A DNA stretch of 60,000 bases from Lytechinus pictus (lineage: Eukaryota), in NCBI RefSeq assembly GCF_037042905.1, contig NC_087245.1, positions 9,426,001-9,486,000 of the forward strand, in the 5' to 3' direction. A program made the position numbers and the translations under genes. Below the pieces are notes generated by a model. The model had not been told where the DNA came from. It ran no database searches and was given only the letters and a program-made list of their open reading frames with translations. How positions within the stretch are numbered: position 1 is the first letter of the stretch; every line of letters starts with the position of its first letter. Of the stretch, positions 47,668-59,200 are shown in pieces.

Positions 47668-48121
47668 CATGACGAATTTGGTATCAAATGAAAGAGTGTA
47701 CTATTAAGTTCTTTCACATAATTGGGATGCCATTGGGATTAAATTATATTTCAGGTAGAATTTTCTCTGAAGAAAAAAGGTAATAGTCGTGCCAATTAAA
47801 TGTATTTTGTTGTTTGATATGATATTTTCAAACATCGTTTCATAAAAATATATTAATGTCAAATCTAAGATTTATATTATATTTTCTATCATGATATGTC
47901 ACCACTGAACAAAAAAAGGTGTAATCTTAAATGGTTGTGTTGAGAAGTTACTAGCACAGTGATATGAAATGTTTTTGTCAAGTTTTTATCTTTAATTTGT
48001 CTAAAATATAAAGATTTTATTTGGGTAAAAATTACACCTAAATATTTGTCAGCTCCTGATGACAAAGCAATGTGATGAAGGGGCATGATATACTCATTTG
48101 TTTGATATCAAATTCGTCATG
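47668..48121. mobile_element. Probable MITE core with inverted ends
   Basis: CATGACGAATTTGGTATCAAATGAAAGAGT / ACTCATTTGTTTGATATCAAATTCGTCATG. Confidence 0.5.
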
Positions 48122-48684
48122 ATCGCACAAACATTTTAGCTTTAAATATAGTTTCACACGTTTTTATTTAATATTTTAAAGAACAAACTCAAATGCGACA
48201 TGTGCAATTATGTGTATCTTAATGCGAGCGCGAAACGCGAGCGGAAATTTTTGATATTCTGAGGGAAATTTAAGCACTGGCCAACATGAAGAAAAAATCT
48301 GGAGAGGATATACGGATCTCACTAAAAACATGATGCGAGCGCGAAGCGCGAGCTGATTTTTTTTTTTTTTTTTTTAGATTAAGACCTTAAACCGGGACTA
48401 TCTAATCATTGTCGGTACAGAGAGCTCACCATGTTCGCATTGCGAACAAAAAATCAAAATTTAACGATAACAGAATGCAATTTGACATCATTTTACCGAC
48501 AAAAATAATGGAACTGATCAATTAAAGACCGAGCAAGAACAAGGTACATTGAGCAGTGAGAACAGCCCTGCGTGACCCGACAGTTTGTAATTTTCCCCGA
48601 CAGTCGTCAGTCCAACAGCCCTGCTCTTGCGTATAACAATTTATCATTTTCCAACATCTCAGACTCCGCATCTTAAAGTCCACC

Positions 48685-49820
48685 CAGGGGCGGCGGAGCG
48701 AAGTTGAAAGTGGGGGGAGCACAGGGAAAAAAGGGTAACCTTCTTTCGAAAAGGACACTGTCTTAAACATGGCCGTATGCAGAAATTTTTCACGGGGGGC
48801 AGCATGCGTAAAATTTTTGGGAAAAATTAACTCAAACGCGAGAGAGTGAAGTGACCGAGCTTATCATCGAGGCGCTTTTGCATTTTCTTAAGTGTAATTG
48901 ATGGATTTTGTGCATACTTTTGGTGAATTTTGTGAAAATCTGCAGTAAAACAACGTAAGATTTTTTGCGGCTGCGTACGGCCATGACCTTAAAACAAAGA
49001 AAAAATTACTTATCTACCCCTGACCCCACTCACACGACTCATGAGACTTAAGGCACGTAGGATTATTTTCACATTATGCACCTGCAGAAGGAAGCAGAAC
49101 GGCGCTAAATAAAGAAACCGGTCGCTCCTCGGGCACGAAAAGGCTGGTTTTTCAGGACAACTTATATCTGATATAAAGAACAGGCACATGTGAGAAGGCA
49201 AAGGGGCACTCGTCAACACATGAAACAGGTTCTTCTCAGGTGAAAGGGACACAGAACACGTTCGCGTGCCACTTTTCTAAGGTAAAAAGGGGCACTGATA
49301 CGAGAAAGGTCACCTATAGGAAGGAAAGGGAGCACTTGCTCAGACTTAAAACGGGTCCTTCTTAGGTGAAAAGGAGCGAAGGACATGTTCGTAAGAGCAC
49401 TTTTCTTGGGTAAAAAGGGGCACTGATTCGAAAAATGGCACTTACAAGTAAGCAAGGGAGCACTTGCTCAGGCATAAAACGGGTCCTTCTTAGGTGAAAA
49501 GGGGCGAAGGACATGTTTGTAAGAGCACTTTTCTTGGGTAAAAAGGGGCACTGATTCGAAAAATGGCACTTACAAGTAAGCAAGGGAGCACTTGCTCAGG
49601 CATAAAACGGGTCCTTCTCAGATGAAAGGGCACAGAACACAATCGTGAGGGGGATTTTTTTTGGTTAAAATTTGGCACTGATACGAGACATAGCACTTGC
49701 TAACACATAAAACGGGTCCTTCTCAGGTGAAAATGCATTTTCTTGCGTAATGAGGGCTCTTTTCCAGTGCTTCAAAAAGTGGAGGTAATGTGCCCCCCCC
49801 CCCCCGGATCGCCGCCCCAG
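48685..49820. mobile_element. hAT-like non-autonomous element carrying ~128-bp tandem repeats and a nested MITE (48768-48985)
   Basis: Ends CAGGGGCGGCG / CGCCGCCCCAG; TSD AGTCCACC/ATTCCACC. Inner TIR CATGGCCGTA(T/C)GCAG with TSD GTCTTAAA/ACCTTAAA. Repeats AAACGGGTCCTTCT..GGTGAAA at ~49225-49735. Confidence 0.7.
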
Positions 49821-50025
49821 ATTCCACCGACACATAGGTTTACCTAATCAAAACCTTGTCTACCCCGTTCTCTTCTCTCTGAATTTTCTCCTTTCTTTAG
49901 ATTTCCTATTTCTCTGTGTCCCTTTATTTATTCCTTTCTTTCTTCCTTCCTTCTTCTCTGTATTTTTTCTTTCATTTTTTTAAATATTTTTTTTCTTTCT
50001 ATTCTTTCCCATATCCTCTCCCCAC

Positions 50026-50195
50026 TGGGCGTTGTGGCGTGCGCCTGTAATCCAAGCTGTGGGGAAGTTACAAATTGATGCAGAGGTTCGAGCCCTGGTC
50101 ACGTCTTTCGGATGGTGACGTTAAAGGTCGGTCCAAGACGTAAATAATCATATATGATTGGTACACGTCTGACAAAACTCAAATACACACACACA
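50026..50195 (+). mobile_element. SINE with 7SL(Alu-domain)-like head, B-box, Meta-like core and (CA)n tail
   Basis: TGGGCGTTGTGGCGTGCGCCTGTAATCCAAGCT; GGTTCGAGCC; GTCTTTCGGATGGTGACGTTAAA; 10-bp TSD CTCTCCCCAC (50016-50025, 50196-50205). Confidence 0.8.
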
Positions 50196-50913
50196 CTCTC
50201 CCCACAATTTTTCTTCATGTTTCAGATCAGTATACCAAAAAATTGAGCTCGCACTTCGCGCTCGCATTATGTATTAAGATACACAGCTTGTACCACTGGC
50301 GGATCCAGGGTGCAAAGCCGGCCGTGCCCCCCTTTTGAGTGGCACAATTAAAATGTGTAATGTAAATTGCCGTTAAAACAGAAGTGTGCCCCCACCCCTT
50401 TGAAAGTGAAGACCTTTTTTTTTTGGGGGGGGGGAGTTGTCAATTTTTTTTTTGAACGAAATTATTGTGGGTTAAAAACCTTTTTTTCTTGCTTGTCATT
50501 TTTTTCTTGGACGAAATAACCTGAATTTTTGGTTAAAACCCTATTTTGACGAAACGAAATATCCTTAATTTTGGGTCAAAAACCTTTTTTTTTGCTTGTC
50601 AAATTTTTCCTCGGCAAATTGTGCCCCCCCCCCCCCCTTTGCTTGTCCAATTACATATGCGGAATCTAAGTTTATATATATATATACATATATATACATA
50701 TATAAAAAAGAAATAGTCTGCTTCGGCATATGGAATAAAGTAATCACAAAAGGTTTAGTAAATGCCGTGGAAATAAGATTGTAGATTTTAAAAGGAGCAT
50801 AGCTCTCAAAAATGAAAGGTAAAGTCACACTCTTCATCAGTGCCCATGATGTGACAAAAATAAAAAGAATTCAAAATCCGTTTCTGAAACAGTCGTGAAA
50901 AACACGTCTGTTC

Positions 50914-50918
50914 ATATA

Positions 50919-50982
<64 letters not shown>
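50914..50982. repeat. (TA)n microsatellite
   Basis: Directly visible. Confidence 0.95.
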
Positions 50983-50984
<2 letters not shown>

Positions 50985-51667
50985 AAACGCGTGAAAATCA
51001 AGTAAAAAATATCAAAAGTTGTTAGTTTGCGCTTTAGTACCGACAGTGAATAGTATGTCTAAATCTATTATAAAAAAAAAAAAAAAAAACAGCTTCAACA
51101 GATTGCGCTTCGCACGTGCATCATGTTTACTGAGATCCACAGCTTGTTCAAGTACAGATGCGGAATCTGAGTTTGTTATATATAAAAACGTGTAGGCCCT
51201 AAAAATCTTAGTTTTCGAGTCAGTTTTAGCTCGCGCTTCGCGCTCGCATCATTCATTGATACCATTCCTTTTCATTATTACAAAAATACATGGAATATCC
51301 GATTTTAAGTCGAAATCTCAACAAGGAAATCAGCTCGCACTTCGCGCTCGCATCATGTGTGATCCATACCCTCTCCACAATTTCCATTCATGATGGACAA
51401 TGATTAAAAGGTTCTCCTTCAGGTCAGTAAATCAAAATTTCTGCTCGCACTTCGCGTTCGCATTATGTTTATTGAGATATACAGCTTGTTCAAAAATTAA
51501 AGATGCGGAATCTAAGTTTGTACTTTATATAAAAACGGGTAAAAATCTTGGTTGCAAGTCAAAATATCAAGCATTTTCAGCTAGCACTTCGCGCTCGCAC
51601 TGTGATACCCTTCCTTTCATGATTGCAAAAACTGCATGGAACGTTCAATTTTAAGTCTAAAGATAAA

Positions 51668-52606
51668 CAAGTGGAATGCCTCTGGCGGTCTCACCTGCAT
51701 CACGCGATTCAATATAGCAGCAGTGCTGACTTTGAAAACTACTGTAACTCGCACAAGATGTTCAGTGATACTTGGTTACTCTTATGTCCACGTTTATGAA
51801 CTAGACCAATACACTTACAGAGATATGATGGTAATTCAACAAATACCCCCAACATGGCTAAAGTTCATTGACCTTACATGACCTTTGACCTTGAACATGT
51901 GACCTAAAACTCGCACAGGATGTTCAGTGATACTTGATTACTCTTATGTCCAAGTTTCATGAGTCAGATCCATAAACTTTCAAAGTTATGATGGTAATTC
52001 AACAGATACCCCCATTATGGCCAAAGTTCATTTACCTTTGACCTTGGTCATGTGACCTGAAATGCGCACAGGATGTTCAGTGATACTTGATTACTCTTAT
52101 GTCCAAGTTTTATGAACTAGACCAATATACTTTCAAAGTTATGATGGTAATTCAACAAATACCCCCAATTTGGCCAAAGTTCATTGACCCTAAATGACCT
52201 TTGACCTTGATCATGTGACGTGAAACTCATGCAGGATGTTCAGTGATACTTGATTAACCTTATGTCCAAGTTTCATGAACTAGGTTCATATATTTTTTAA
52301 GTTACGATGACATTTCAAAAACTTAACCTTAGGTTAAGATTTTGATGTTGATTCCCCCAACATGGTCTAAGTTCATTGACCCTAAATGACCTTTGACCTT
52401 GGTCATGTGACATGAAACTCAGGCAGGATGTTCAGTAATACTTGATTAACCTTATATGGCCAAGTTTCATGAACTAGGTCCACACACTTTCTAAGTTATG
52501 ATGTCATTTCAAGAACTTAACCTTAGGTTAAGATTTGGTGTTGACGCCGCCGCCGTCGGTAAAGCGGCGCCTATAGTCTCACTCTGCTATGCAGGTGAGA
52601 CAAAAA
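51668..52606 (+). mobile_element. Helentron/HINE-like non-autonomous element with internal ~170-230-bp tandem repeats
   Basis: 5' subterminal GTCTCACCTGCAT inverted to 3' ATGCAGGTGAGAC, which also closes a 3' hairpin. About 5 units of CAGGATGTTCAGTGATACTTGATTA...GACCTTTGACCTT. A decayed relative lies at ~39520-39715. Confidence 0.7.
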
Positions 52607-55333
52607 ACAGCTCGCGCTTCGCGCTCGCATTCTTGTTTGATTAGATTACCATCTTATTCATCATTGCAAAAAGTGTTCAGTGTTAAAGTGTAAAATAAAA
52701 AACCAAAGATCGCGCTCGCAACAATTTCTTAGTTCCATGCCCACCCTCTTCGTGGTTACATTACTTCGAATGTCCTGTTTATAGTTCTAAATCTGTTTTA
52801 AAAATATCAGCGCGCGCTTCGCGCTCGCTCTATTTGATTAGTGAGAAATGTACTCTACACACGAGTCACTGCAAACAGTCATTAACAGGTCCTCTTTCAG
52901 CTCGCGCTCGCATGAAGTACTTAGTTATATATACTGTGTGAGTCGGAAATTAAAATTGTCAGCTAATCCTTTTCATGGTTAGGCCTACAATCGAGTTTTC
53001 TGGTCTTGATATATTAATTTCTCAGCTTGCGCTTCACGCTCGCATTTGTAGATTGGTGAGATATGTATTCTATTCATGGATCATCGCAAACACTCTTTAA
53101 CAGGTCTTTTTGCAGGCCAGTTTATCTTGTTTCTAAGAATGAAAATTTTGTTATGACTAACCCCTAACATTAAAAAAAAAATCGGATGCTGGGGGCAGCG
53201 ACGGGGAAATTTTGAAAATGTGAATGAACGTATCCCCCCCCCCCCATTGATGAAAGCTGGAGCTACCCCTGAATATGACAGAAAATGTGACTTAGGAGTA
53301 TAAGAATCTCCAAAATGACTTACGGCCCGGTAATCAGGGCCTCCAGCCCCCCCCCCCCCCCCCCCCCGCACACACACACATACTAACTGAAAAAGGCCTA
53401 GTGACGCCCTCCATCCCCATTTATTCGCCAGTGCCGGGAAGGATTAAAATTATGAAAATGATTATGCCATGTATAATATAATAAAACATTCAACGATTAT
53501 TCTATTTCATCCTGGACCTTTATTTTGTGTCTTTCTCCGTCCACCTTTTCTAAAAGTTTCTGAAAGGAATGGCTTCACCAAAATAAACAACAGAAAATCA
53601 TGCGGGGAAAAAAAATCGATGGCAATCATGCGGATAATACGATAATCATCACTATCATCGTGATTATCATCATCATCTTCTATATACTGAAATACTCCCT
53701 TGCTTATACTTGTCATATGATTCATCGTAAATAATAAAATTTTCTACCGTATATCTGTACATTGGGGGTGATAATCAGGCCATCCCTATATACCCAAAAT
53801 ATTGGGGAGGATATCCCACATTCTCCCCCCCCCCCCCCTGAATCGTCACCCTTGCACTCGATCCTGTTCCCATTATACTATAGAGCCTGGGAGTACATGA
53901 TGAATTAAACTTACATGATAAACTCGCCTATTATTTTGTCCACTATCCTCCTCAAATTACTAAATTAGCTCAAAGATATAGGTCTATTGAAGCTAATTTT
54001 GGAAATATTCAACAAACCTTTATTGACATTTCGAAAAAGCATCTTGAAGATGTAAAAGGCATAACCAGGCAATATAGTCTACAACTTTGGTTGACAAATA
54101 CATGGGGAGCGGAAAGGTTTGGCGGGGGGCGGGGGTCAGCACCCTATACCTTTCGGTAATCGAGTTAAAAAAAACATGAGATTGACCTTCAGATTGTGAT
54201 TATTTATGCGTATTCTGCCCACCCCTCCCCCTTTGTCTCATTTTGTGCCCCCCCCCCCCCCCATTTTCAAACTCGTTTCACTGCCCCTGATACAAACAAA
54301 CAAGTCTTTATACACAGAATTAAAAGGAATCTTCGACATGCGTTTATCGTAAATAAACTGATAGGGGCGCCTGGAGGCGGGGCAGGGCTGGATGCAGTTA
54401 CCCTTGGCTATCAAAGGGGGGGGGGCAAAACGCACCTCATAAATAGATAGAAAGAGGCGAAGAAGAAAATTAGAAGCAAACGAAGGAAAGACGCGGAAAC
54501 ATTCTCCTAGAAACGCTCATGTATTTGGTTAAGTAATTTTAGTGAAATTTGATAAGCAAAAAAATGGAAGTTTAGAAGAAAAAAAACCACACTGTACCTT
54601 TCCCGCTATCAATAATGGATGCAGCCATGTAGAAAAAAATTGCATAAACTATATTTTAGAATCATTGGAATGACAACCCCACCCTTTTACGCATATAATT
54701 AAAATACAATACACATTTGTCGTTTCTAGTTTGGCCTTTTCACGTAAAGTTTCTTACATCGGAAAGCTGCAATAATTAATGCTACGTGTCAAATGAAAAT
54801 TGAAATAATATCAATCGTGTATACATACAGTATATATAATGTATTCTTTTTCTTCTTCCTAGCCCCTTTTTTTTCGAGGGAGAAAATGTATTACGGTGCG
54901 TTTGACGCCCGCTTTTTTAGAGGCGGTGACTTCCCCTTGAGCTCTCGAAGTTCCAAAAGCCACATGGCTGTTATCATTTTTAATTGTTTGCTTCTGTGTT
55001 GACTCAGCATTCGTTTCATTTATCAAACCAATTAGATTTTAATCACTGATCTTCTTTTGAAAGAATTATTATAATGAACTTCCTCTTTCTCTGTATATAC
55101 AAAGACAACTCGTTGTCATTAGTTAGTTAATTTTTAATGAATTCGTTTACATGTTTCTTCTCAATCTGATAGTCTACTTAGTCTTGAGGACTTGAGGTGA
55201 CTTCCATCAATATATCAAACGAAATGTTGCTCCTCTAGTCGAGCCTGCTAACATTTTCAAGTTCTCCGTGTGAAAACTTAGGTGTTTCCTGTCATTGTAT
55301 GCATAACGGGGCAGGAAGGCAAGACTGAATAAA

Positions 55334-56758
55334 ATGTTGATCATGAACAACTCTTCGCCCAGAACAAATAATCATAGTGATAATGGTTTTGTGCTTGAAA
55401 GCTATCCCCAGCGAATCATCATCGCTTGCATCCACTGCATCATCATCGTTGTCGGCATCATTGGGAACAGCCATGTGGTACTTGCTGTGCTGCTCTGCCG
55501 AAAGCTGAGGTCATCCACCAACTGGCTTGTTGTCAATCTCGGAATGGCCGATCTCCTAAACTGTCTTTTCCTTCCTTTCAATGTCGTAGCATTACTTAGC
55601 AAGGATGGGTGGCCCATCGGTGAATGGATCTGTGCAATGACAGGAGTCGTCACGATGACCTGTCTAGGAGCTAGCATCGTCAGTCTTGCTCTCATTGCAC
55701 ACAATAGATTGACTCTCCTCACCAAGCCTAGGTTCACATTCTACCGCTTCTACTCTAATCGTAACCTGACTGTGATGGTGATTTTATCATGGCTCTACCC
55801 GCTGTTGCTTGTCATAATCCCACCGATAGCAGGACTCGGAATGTTAGGATATTCGGAAAACTACAAGGTATGTCTGCAGGATACCACCTTGCCAAACTCA
55901 GATTATTACAGTCTTATTGCCGGGGTGGGTGTCATCGTTCCTGCATCCATCATCATAGTAATCATCTACGTACTCATATATCGATATGTTTCGCGCCATA
56001 ATAAGGCTTTTGAGAGAAGATTGGCCGAATCGAGCAAAGCTGGAAGTTCTAAATTTACTCGAACCAGTCTTGATATGAGTACCAATTGGACAGAATCCAG
56101 GGATCATCAGCAAACGAACGAAGACGTGGCTGGCAGTTCGAAGCTAAACTGTCAGATATTTGGCAATGCTGGGAACGGCAGCACATTCGCGGCTACTTCT
56201 CATATCAACAACCAAAATGATACATCAAACCTGTCAAGTACAGGAAACCTGACAGAAAGTAATGATGCCGAAAGACAAAACAATCCATCGGACAACCCAT
56301 GTAAAACTAATGAAGATGAAATAGAAAGTAAAGTTAAATCCCAAGCTGAAGATATAGAATCAACGTCAGACGATCGTATCAGCCAGGCTAACCTCGAAAA
56401 TAAAGAATCGTCAAATCCTAGAAGGGATATCCAAACACCCAAAAGAACTGATGATCTAAAACCTTCGCCTAAAATTTCGCGCCACAACATTAACGTCACC
56501 AAACGTCTGTTCCTGGTGGTCATTTCTTTCTTCCTATGTTTTCTTCCATTTGGGATCTGTGTGATGGTGCCTACCAGTGATCCAGCGGTTCCATGGGCTA
56601 ACCTTCTGATGATGCTCAACAGTTGCATCAACCCTATCCTCTATGCTGGTACTATGCCGATGTTCCGGAAGGTAATGTGGTGTATAGCTCGATGTCGATA
56701 CCACAGTATTCCGGAGGGGGTCGATTTGATACGCTTTTGCCGTAGGCATCAATTGTAA
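55334..56758 (+). CDS. Intronless rhodopsin-like (class A) orphan GPCR, 474 aa, with long third intracellular loop
   Basis: TM1 GIIGN, TM2 NLGMADLL, ECL1 W..GEWIC, TM3 IAHNRL (DRY position), TM4 W..P, TM5 P..I...Y..IY, TM6 FFLCFLPF, TM7 NSCINPILY; N-terminal N-glycosylation sequons. Confidence 0.93.
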   Translation: MLIMNNSSPRTNNHSDNGFVLESYPQRIIIACIHCIIIVVGIIGNSHVVLAVLLCRKLRSSTNWLVVNLGMADLLNCLFLPFNVVALLSKDGWPIGEWICAMTGVVTMTCLGASIVSLALIAHNRLTLLTKPRFTFYRFYSNRNLTVMVILSWLYPLLLVIIPPIAGLGMLGYSENYKVCLQDTTLPNSDYYSLIAGVGVIVPASIIIVIIYVLIYRYVSRHNKAFERRLAESSKAGSSKFTRTSLDMSTNWTESRDHQQTNEDVAGSSKLNCQIFGNAGNGSTFAATSHINNQNDTSNLSSTGNLTESNDAERQNNPSDNPCKTNEDEIESKVKSQAEDIESTSDDRISQANLENKESSNPRRDIQTPKRTDDLKPSPKISRHNINVTKRLFLVVISFFLCFLPFGICVMVPTSDPAVPWANLLMMLNSCINPILYAGTMPMFRKVMWCIARCRYHSIPEGVDLIRFCRRHQL

Positions 56759-57278
56759 ACTCTAGATATTAAAAAAAGTTAATTTATTGCATAATGATTT
56801 CTGAAAGACCATTGAAAATACTGAAAGACAATTAAACGATGGACTAGTCTAAACTCAGAAGGCAAGAAGTACATGTATCAGTTAGTCTTTTAAAGTTTTC
56901 CGCGGGGGGGGGGGTGGTCAGTAAGTTCTTTCAGTGGTCTCTGTTAGTTTTCATAACGATCCATGGTTTTCCGAAGATCTCTGGCAGTGTGACAGATGAC
57001 GTTTCAGTGATTTCTCAACAGCCTTATTGATCTTTCATTAAAGTGTCTTCAGCTGTCTTCACTAACTTTGGCTGTCTGTCACATTAAAAGTGTATATACA
57101 AGCTATGTTTTTAAGTGAATTGCAAGATAATCTGTATACTTCTGTCTATATATATTACGATATCTATTATAAATTTCTACAAAAATATTCTTTATGCATA
57201 TTATGTAATTACCATTTATATCATTGAATGTAATTATGAACGAAGGAAATTAATTTGTATTATTCTTTATGGGTTCTA

Positions 57279-59200
57279 GGACAATTACCCCCTGAGGACA
57301 ACTATCCCTACTATTGTATTTGCAAACCTCTTTCGCATATATTCAATCTATCATTTACTACAGGCATTTTTCCAGATAAATTATAAGTTGCAAGAGTTAT
57401 ACCAGTTTTCAAAAAGGGAGATAAAGATTTACCTGGAAATTATCGATTTTACCCGCGATTAGCAAAATATTTGAAAAACTAGTGAATGCACGATTGATGA
57501 AATTAATAGAAAAGAATGAAATATTGTATAAACACCAATATGGTTTTAGAAATGGATACAGTACGAAACTTTCACTGATAAATCTGATTAATCAAATTAC
57601 AAGATATACCGATGAGGGAAAGGTGACAGTAGGAATATTCATCGATTTTGCTAAAGCTTTTGATACGATTAATCATTCTATTCTCATTAAGAAACTAGAA
57701 CACTATGGCATTCGTGGTAAGGCAGTAGAATGGTTTAATGATTATTTACGAAACAGAAAGCAATTTGTTAATTAAGATGGTGTAAATTCCGAATACAGGT
57801 CGATTTCATGCGGTATTCCACAAGGATCAGTTTTGGGTCCAACTTTGTTCTTGTTGTATATAAACGATCTGGCAAACTCATCAAATTATTTCAATTTCCG
57901 TCTTTTTGCGGATGACTCAAATTTATTTCATACTTTCAATTGTGATGAACAACATATTGATTTATCAGAAAGTAGTCTCAATTTAAACAATATAATAGCA
58001 TGGTGCAATGCCAACAAATTGACAATCAATGTTACGAAAACTAAATATATGTTGTTTAAAAATAGACGAAAAAATATTTTGATATCAGGACAATTGTCAC
58101 TGAAAGGAACGTTATTAGAGTGTGTTGAATCAACATTATTTCTTGGTATATGTATCGACAAAAACCTTACATGGAAGAAACAGGTTGACATTGTCTGCAA
58201 TGTGCTAAGCACAAAAATTGGAATACTTTATAGATTGAGGAACTATGTAACAAAGAGAATCTTAGTTATGTTATACAACTCATTTATTTTACCACATATA
58301 ACGTATGGTCTGGAAGTATGGGGTGGGACGTGCAAAACAACACTGAACCCTATATTATAACTTCAAAAACGAATAGCTAGAATAATGACGTTCAACCATC
58401 ATACTTATCACTCTGCTCCTTTTTTTTATGATCTAAATATTCTCGATATTTTCAAACAATACCAATATTTGATAGGAGTATTTATGCATGATTTGATTAA
58501 TAATCGGTTGCCGCATTGTTTTATTGATTATTTTTCATTTATAGACCATCCTTACAATACAAGAAATAGAGAACAGCGATATGTTAATCTTGACAAAAAT
58601 AATACCAATTTGGGAAAACAATCAATTTCATTTCCTGGTCCTACTTTATGGAATCATCTGCCAAGTAATATTAGAAACACCCCCAGTCGTAAGATATTTA
58701 GCAAATCGTTAAAATTAATGCTACTGGAAGATTATAATTAATTTGGTATGGTAAACTGCCGGATTTTGTGAATAAGTAAGATATTTTTTTCTTTTAAATA
58801 GTGTAAATATGTTCACTGAAAATGCCCGAAATTTTCTGCAACAATAATTAGTAGAATTAGTATTGAATTTGATGTACAATATTGAGATTTAGTTAAATTT
58901 ATTGTTTAAACTATGATAATGACATTATTTGGGGCTAACCTCGTTTAGCATTTTGCTATTATGTTAGCTCCAATTACCAAATGTTTTGTTTATATGTGAT
59001 GTACTATTCCTTGTAATTGTACCTGACAGTGATATTTGGTAATAAATTCAATTCAATTCAATCCCCAATGACAATTACCCCCCCCTGGACAACTATACCT
59101 CCAAGGACAATGACCCCAGACAATAACCCCCAAACAATCACCTCTGAGGATATAGGCCTATGCCCCATGATAATTACCCCTGAAAATTACCCCCCCCCCC
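57279..59200 (+). repeat. GACAATTACCCC-type degenerate short tandem repeat, split by the LINE
   Basis: Units at 57279-57308 and 59061-59200. Confidence 0.6.
57309..59060 (+). mobile_element. 5'-truncated, disrupted CR1/L2-group LINE (RT C-terminal half)
   Basis: QYGFR, DFAKAFD, PQGSVLGP.LF..YIND, FADD, FLGI; in-frame stops at ~57773 and ~58358 plus a small deletion. 3' hairpin 58931-58971, AATAAA + (TTCAA)n tail, possible TSD ATCCC (57304-57308, 59061-59065). Confidence 0.9.

Noticed and set aside
49010..49696. Repeated Cys/Phe-rich ORFs (MLTCKCHFSNQCPF...)
   Set aside because: Translations of the ~128-bp tandem repeat, with frames shifting between units.
50026..50070. A genuine 7SL RNA gene
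   Set aside because: Similarity stops after ~40 nt, there is no S-domain or oligo-T terminator, and the TSD plus (CA)n tail indicate a retroposed SINE.
50100..50140. Hammerhead ribozyme in the SINE core
   Set aside because: CGGATGG...GTTAAA does not match the required CUGANGA/GAAA core.
55292..56752. Antisense and alternative-frame ORFs over the GPCR
   Set aside because: Shadows of the GPCR coding sequence.
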